A stretch of 64,000 bases of DNA from Lama glama (Eukaryota): positions 80,416,001-80,480,000 of the forward strand of contig CM052817.1 of assembly GCA_028534125.1 (NCBI GenBank). Reading direction: 5' to 3'. Every line of letters begins with the position of its first letter. Positions within the stretch are counted from its first letter, which is position 1. The translations under genes were made by a program, and so were the position numbers. Below, one piece after another: positions 61,301-64,000 of this stretch. A model generated the notes under the pieces. That model did not search any database and was not told the origin of the DNA. It saw nothing but the letters and a program-made list of their open reading frames with translations.

Positions 61301-61729
61301 CAAACAAGACCAAAGAAGACCTCTTTTTTGTCCAGTTGTGAAGGTGTAAGAATGTGTGCCTGGAATCCCATTAGTCACATTCTCTATCAGTCAGAGAAAT
61401 TACCATGCAGAAATGACAGGCCAGATTAGAAGAACCTAACAGCACTGGAATCCTTAGTTCCTGTTGTTCCTATGACCAGTTCCAGCCTAGACCCTCTAGC
61501 AGTTTGCTTCTATAAGCCAATAAATTCCCTGAGCTGCTTCATTTGTGACTCCATTTCTTGCAGCCAGGAATCCTAGTTAATTCATACTCTAAGTGCTAGG
61601 CAGTTTACATTATTTGTTGAATTTATAAACCTGGATTGTGGGGGTCATTATCCCTGCTCCACAGTTGAGGAATTTAGGTCTCAAAGCGTAAGTACGTTGG
61701 CCATGTTGTGTGGCTAAGTGAAGAGCATC

Positions 61730-61884
61730 TTTTTTTTTTTTTAATCTTTATTTTATTTATTAATTTTGGGAAGAGGGAAGTAATTAGGTTTATTTATTTA
61801 TTTTTTTAATGGAGGTACTGGGGATTGAACCCAGGACCTTGTGCATGCGAGGCATCTGCTCTACCACTGAGTTGTGCCCTCCCC
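61730..61884 (-). mobile_element. tRNA-derived SINE, camelid Vic-1 type
   Basis: Reverse complement of the copies at 11403 and 13879 (GGAGGTACTGGGGATTGAACCCAGGACCTTGTGCATGC...CTACCACTGAG). Confidence 0.85.
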
Positions 61885-61894
61885 AACCCTGCTT

Positions 61895-62325
61895 TTTAAA
61901 AAAATTTTTATCATAATGCATTTTTTTTACTGTGGTAAAATATACTTAATATAAAACTTACCATTTTAACCATTTAAAATATACAATCCAGTGGCATTAG
62001 GTACATTCACATTTTTGTGTAATCACCACTATCCATTTCTAGAAATTTTTTTGCCATTCCAAATGGAAACTTTATACTCTGCTATGAACATGGATGTATA
62101 ATATTCTGTTCAAGTCCTTTTATTTCAATTATTTTGGATATATACCCAGAAGTGGAATAGCTGGATCATGTGGTAATTCTGTTTAATTTTTTGAGGAACC
62201 ACCATACTTTTTTCTATAGTGGTTGTACCATTTTACCTTCCCACCAATAGTATGTAAATGTTCCAATTTCTCCACATCCCCACTAACACTTCTAATTTTA
62301 AAAAATGCATCCATCTAATGGGTGC
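61895..62325 (-). mobile_element. L1MA/MB-like 3' end fragment
   Basis: TGTGGTAAAATATAC...ACCATTTTAACCATTT...CAGTGGCATTAGGTACATTCACA and TTTTGGATATATACCCAGAAGTGGAATAGCTGGATCAT. Confidence 0.8.
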
Positions 62326-64000
62326 ATTCTGGTTCTGATTTGCAGTTGAAGTCCACAAGTTTCAAACAAGACACTTTTGGTGCCCTCCTTTCTAGCAGGC
62401 CCTCACTCTCTGAACTGTCATCATCTATTGTGTCTCTTCAGTTCAGAGCATCACAGCCAGTTGACCAGACTCAGATTTTGTCATTCCGCCTTTAAATACC
62501 TTTGGCTAGAAAACACCGATGGCTTCCTCACTCGGCCAAAGCATGTGTCTACCTTCTTTAAAATTCTGTTTGAAATTCATCCCACCATTAAAGTCTTCCC
62601 CAAAGGAACCTGGCCTAATCCCACTGTGTATTTTATTTCAGTGTCCCTTAAGCACCGAGGAACAATTAGTACTGGGCTTATTTATATATTCTTTAGCATG
62701 TTTTCCAAGTGGGTTTATCCCACCCATTTTAGATTATAAGCTCCATGAGGAAATGGATCCTGGGTAACTTTCTGTGGCAATCCCATTACACCTGCTGTTC
62801 TGAGACCGATGTGCAGTGGACATTTATTAAAGTTGCTGACTACTACCACCAACATTACCATCATCATCTTCATCATTATTACTACTTATTTATGTGCACT
62901 ATGGTATTTAAATCCTCCTATGGTATTCTTGAGAGGAAATCTTCATAAATATCTTCGTGTTATAATTTTTTATACGATTTTAATATTTTTTGCAATGTTT
63001 TTCTCGTGCTTATGTGGATGTCAAAAAGGGAGTTCCAATTTTCTTATCTAGGTTTCTGTTTCCTACTTACATGAAACTTTTGCTGTAGACCAGTTTCTCA
63101 ACGTGTTCTCTTGGGGCAGAGGTTTAGTTGTCCTAGGAGAAGTAGACATTTAAACGCTCAATTTCCTGTCCAACACTACTGCTGGTGTGGTAGGCTGACA
63201 CATTCCATATCCCAGTTCTTGGACACAGCCATTTTTAAAAGATGTTCACATTTAGAAATCTGAATGTCATCCTGAGGCCCACCCTGAACTGTCTCAGATC
63301 AGCTGGGCTGTTAGCTGGGCTGTACCCCTCCAAAAAAAAAAAAGTCCAAAAATGATTAGGCTTCCTGTCCTGTGGATTTTGAATTACTGTAATTAGGATC
63401 TCATGTTTGCAGCCACACAGCCAGCAGTGGTCTCTCAGCCTGGGCACTTTCTATTTCAGTTGGTAATTACTCAGTGGTTAAAAAAAAAGAATCACAGATG
63501 AGGGAATTGAGGAAATAGTTTACTTGGTACTGACTCTTTTCGGGGGGTGGGGAAAATAGGGTACACTGTATTTCTAGCTTTCCTTAGACCAAGGCATCTA
63601 GGCTGAATGTAGTAGGGCCCTTGACTTTCCCTGCACTCTTTCCTAGGTGCTTCAGTCAGAGCAGGGAGAGGACTACAGAAGGGAGAGGACTGGGAAGAGG
63701 GGCAGGAGTGTTAAAGTAGGGGGAGGGAGAATTCAATTGTCTTGGGAGGCCAGAGGAAGAAGTTTGAAAAACTGTACCATTAAGAAGGGATTTGATATTC
63801 TTTTAAAAATGACGTGTGTTGAGTTGTGTGTTTTAACTTAAGGTTAACTTCAAATAATAATAAAACACCAGTTGCTGGGTCATCGACTTAGTAGTTACCA
63901 AGAAGGTTTATTGACTGATGTGATGAGTTGAAAAGCAATGCATTCTCTAGTTAGTGTTTGCAGGCAACTATCCTATTTGGAAAAAAGTTTCTCCCCTTCT

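Overview
Mammalian genomic DNA, probably a camelid (three copies of a Vic-1-type tRNA-derived SINE). The one protein-coding gene is SPRY1 (Sprouty1): a 319-aa CDS at 34821-35780 (+), all in the last exon. Upstream lie a ~2.1-kb CpG island (~30900-33050) with inferred non-coding exons and an intron ending at 34765. The ~1.2-kb 3'UTR is AU-rich and carries miRNA seed sites. The rest is intergenic DNA with old interspersed repeats (L1, L2, MIR, MaLR/ERV LTRs, hAT and Tigger elements), microsatellites and two assembly gaps. Repeat family names are from recognition by eye and boundaries are approximate. There is no CRISPR array, RNA gene or other prokaryote-type system. The most interesting structure is the SPRY1 5' leader. 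A 9-codon Arg/Pro uORF is joined by a TGATG stop/start overlap to a spliced 58-codon uORF that runs over the SPRY1 start. A second AG 8 nt into the coding exon would, if used, turn that uORF into an in-frame 43-aa N-terminal extension of SPRY1. These are hypotheses from sequence alone.
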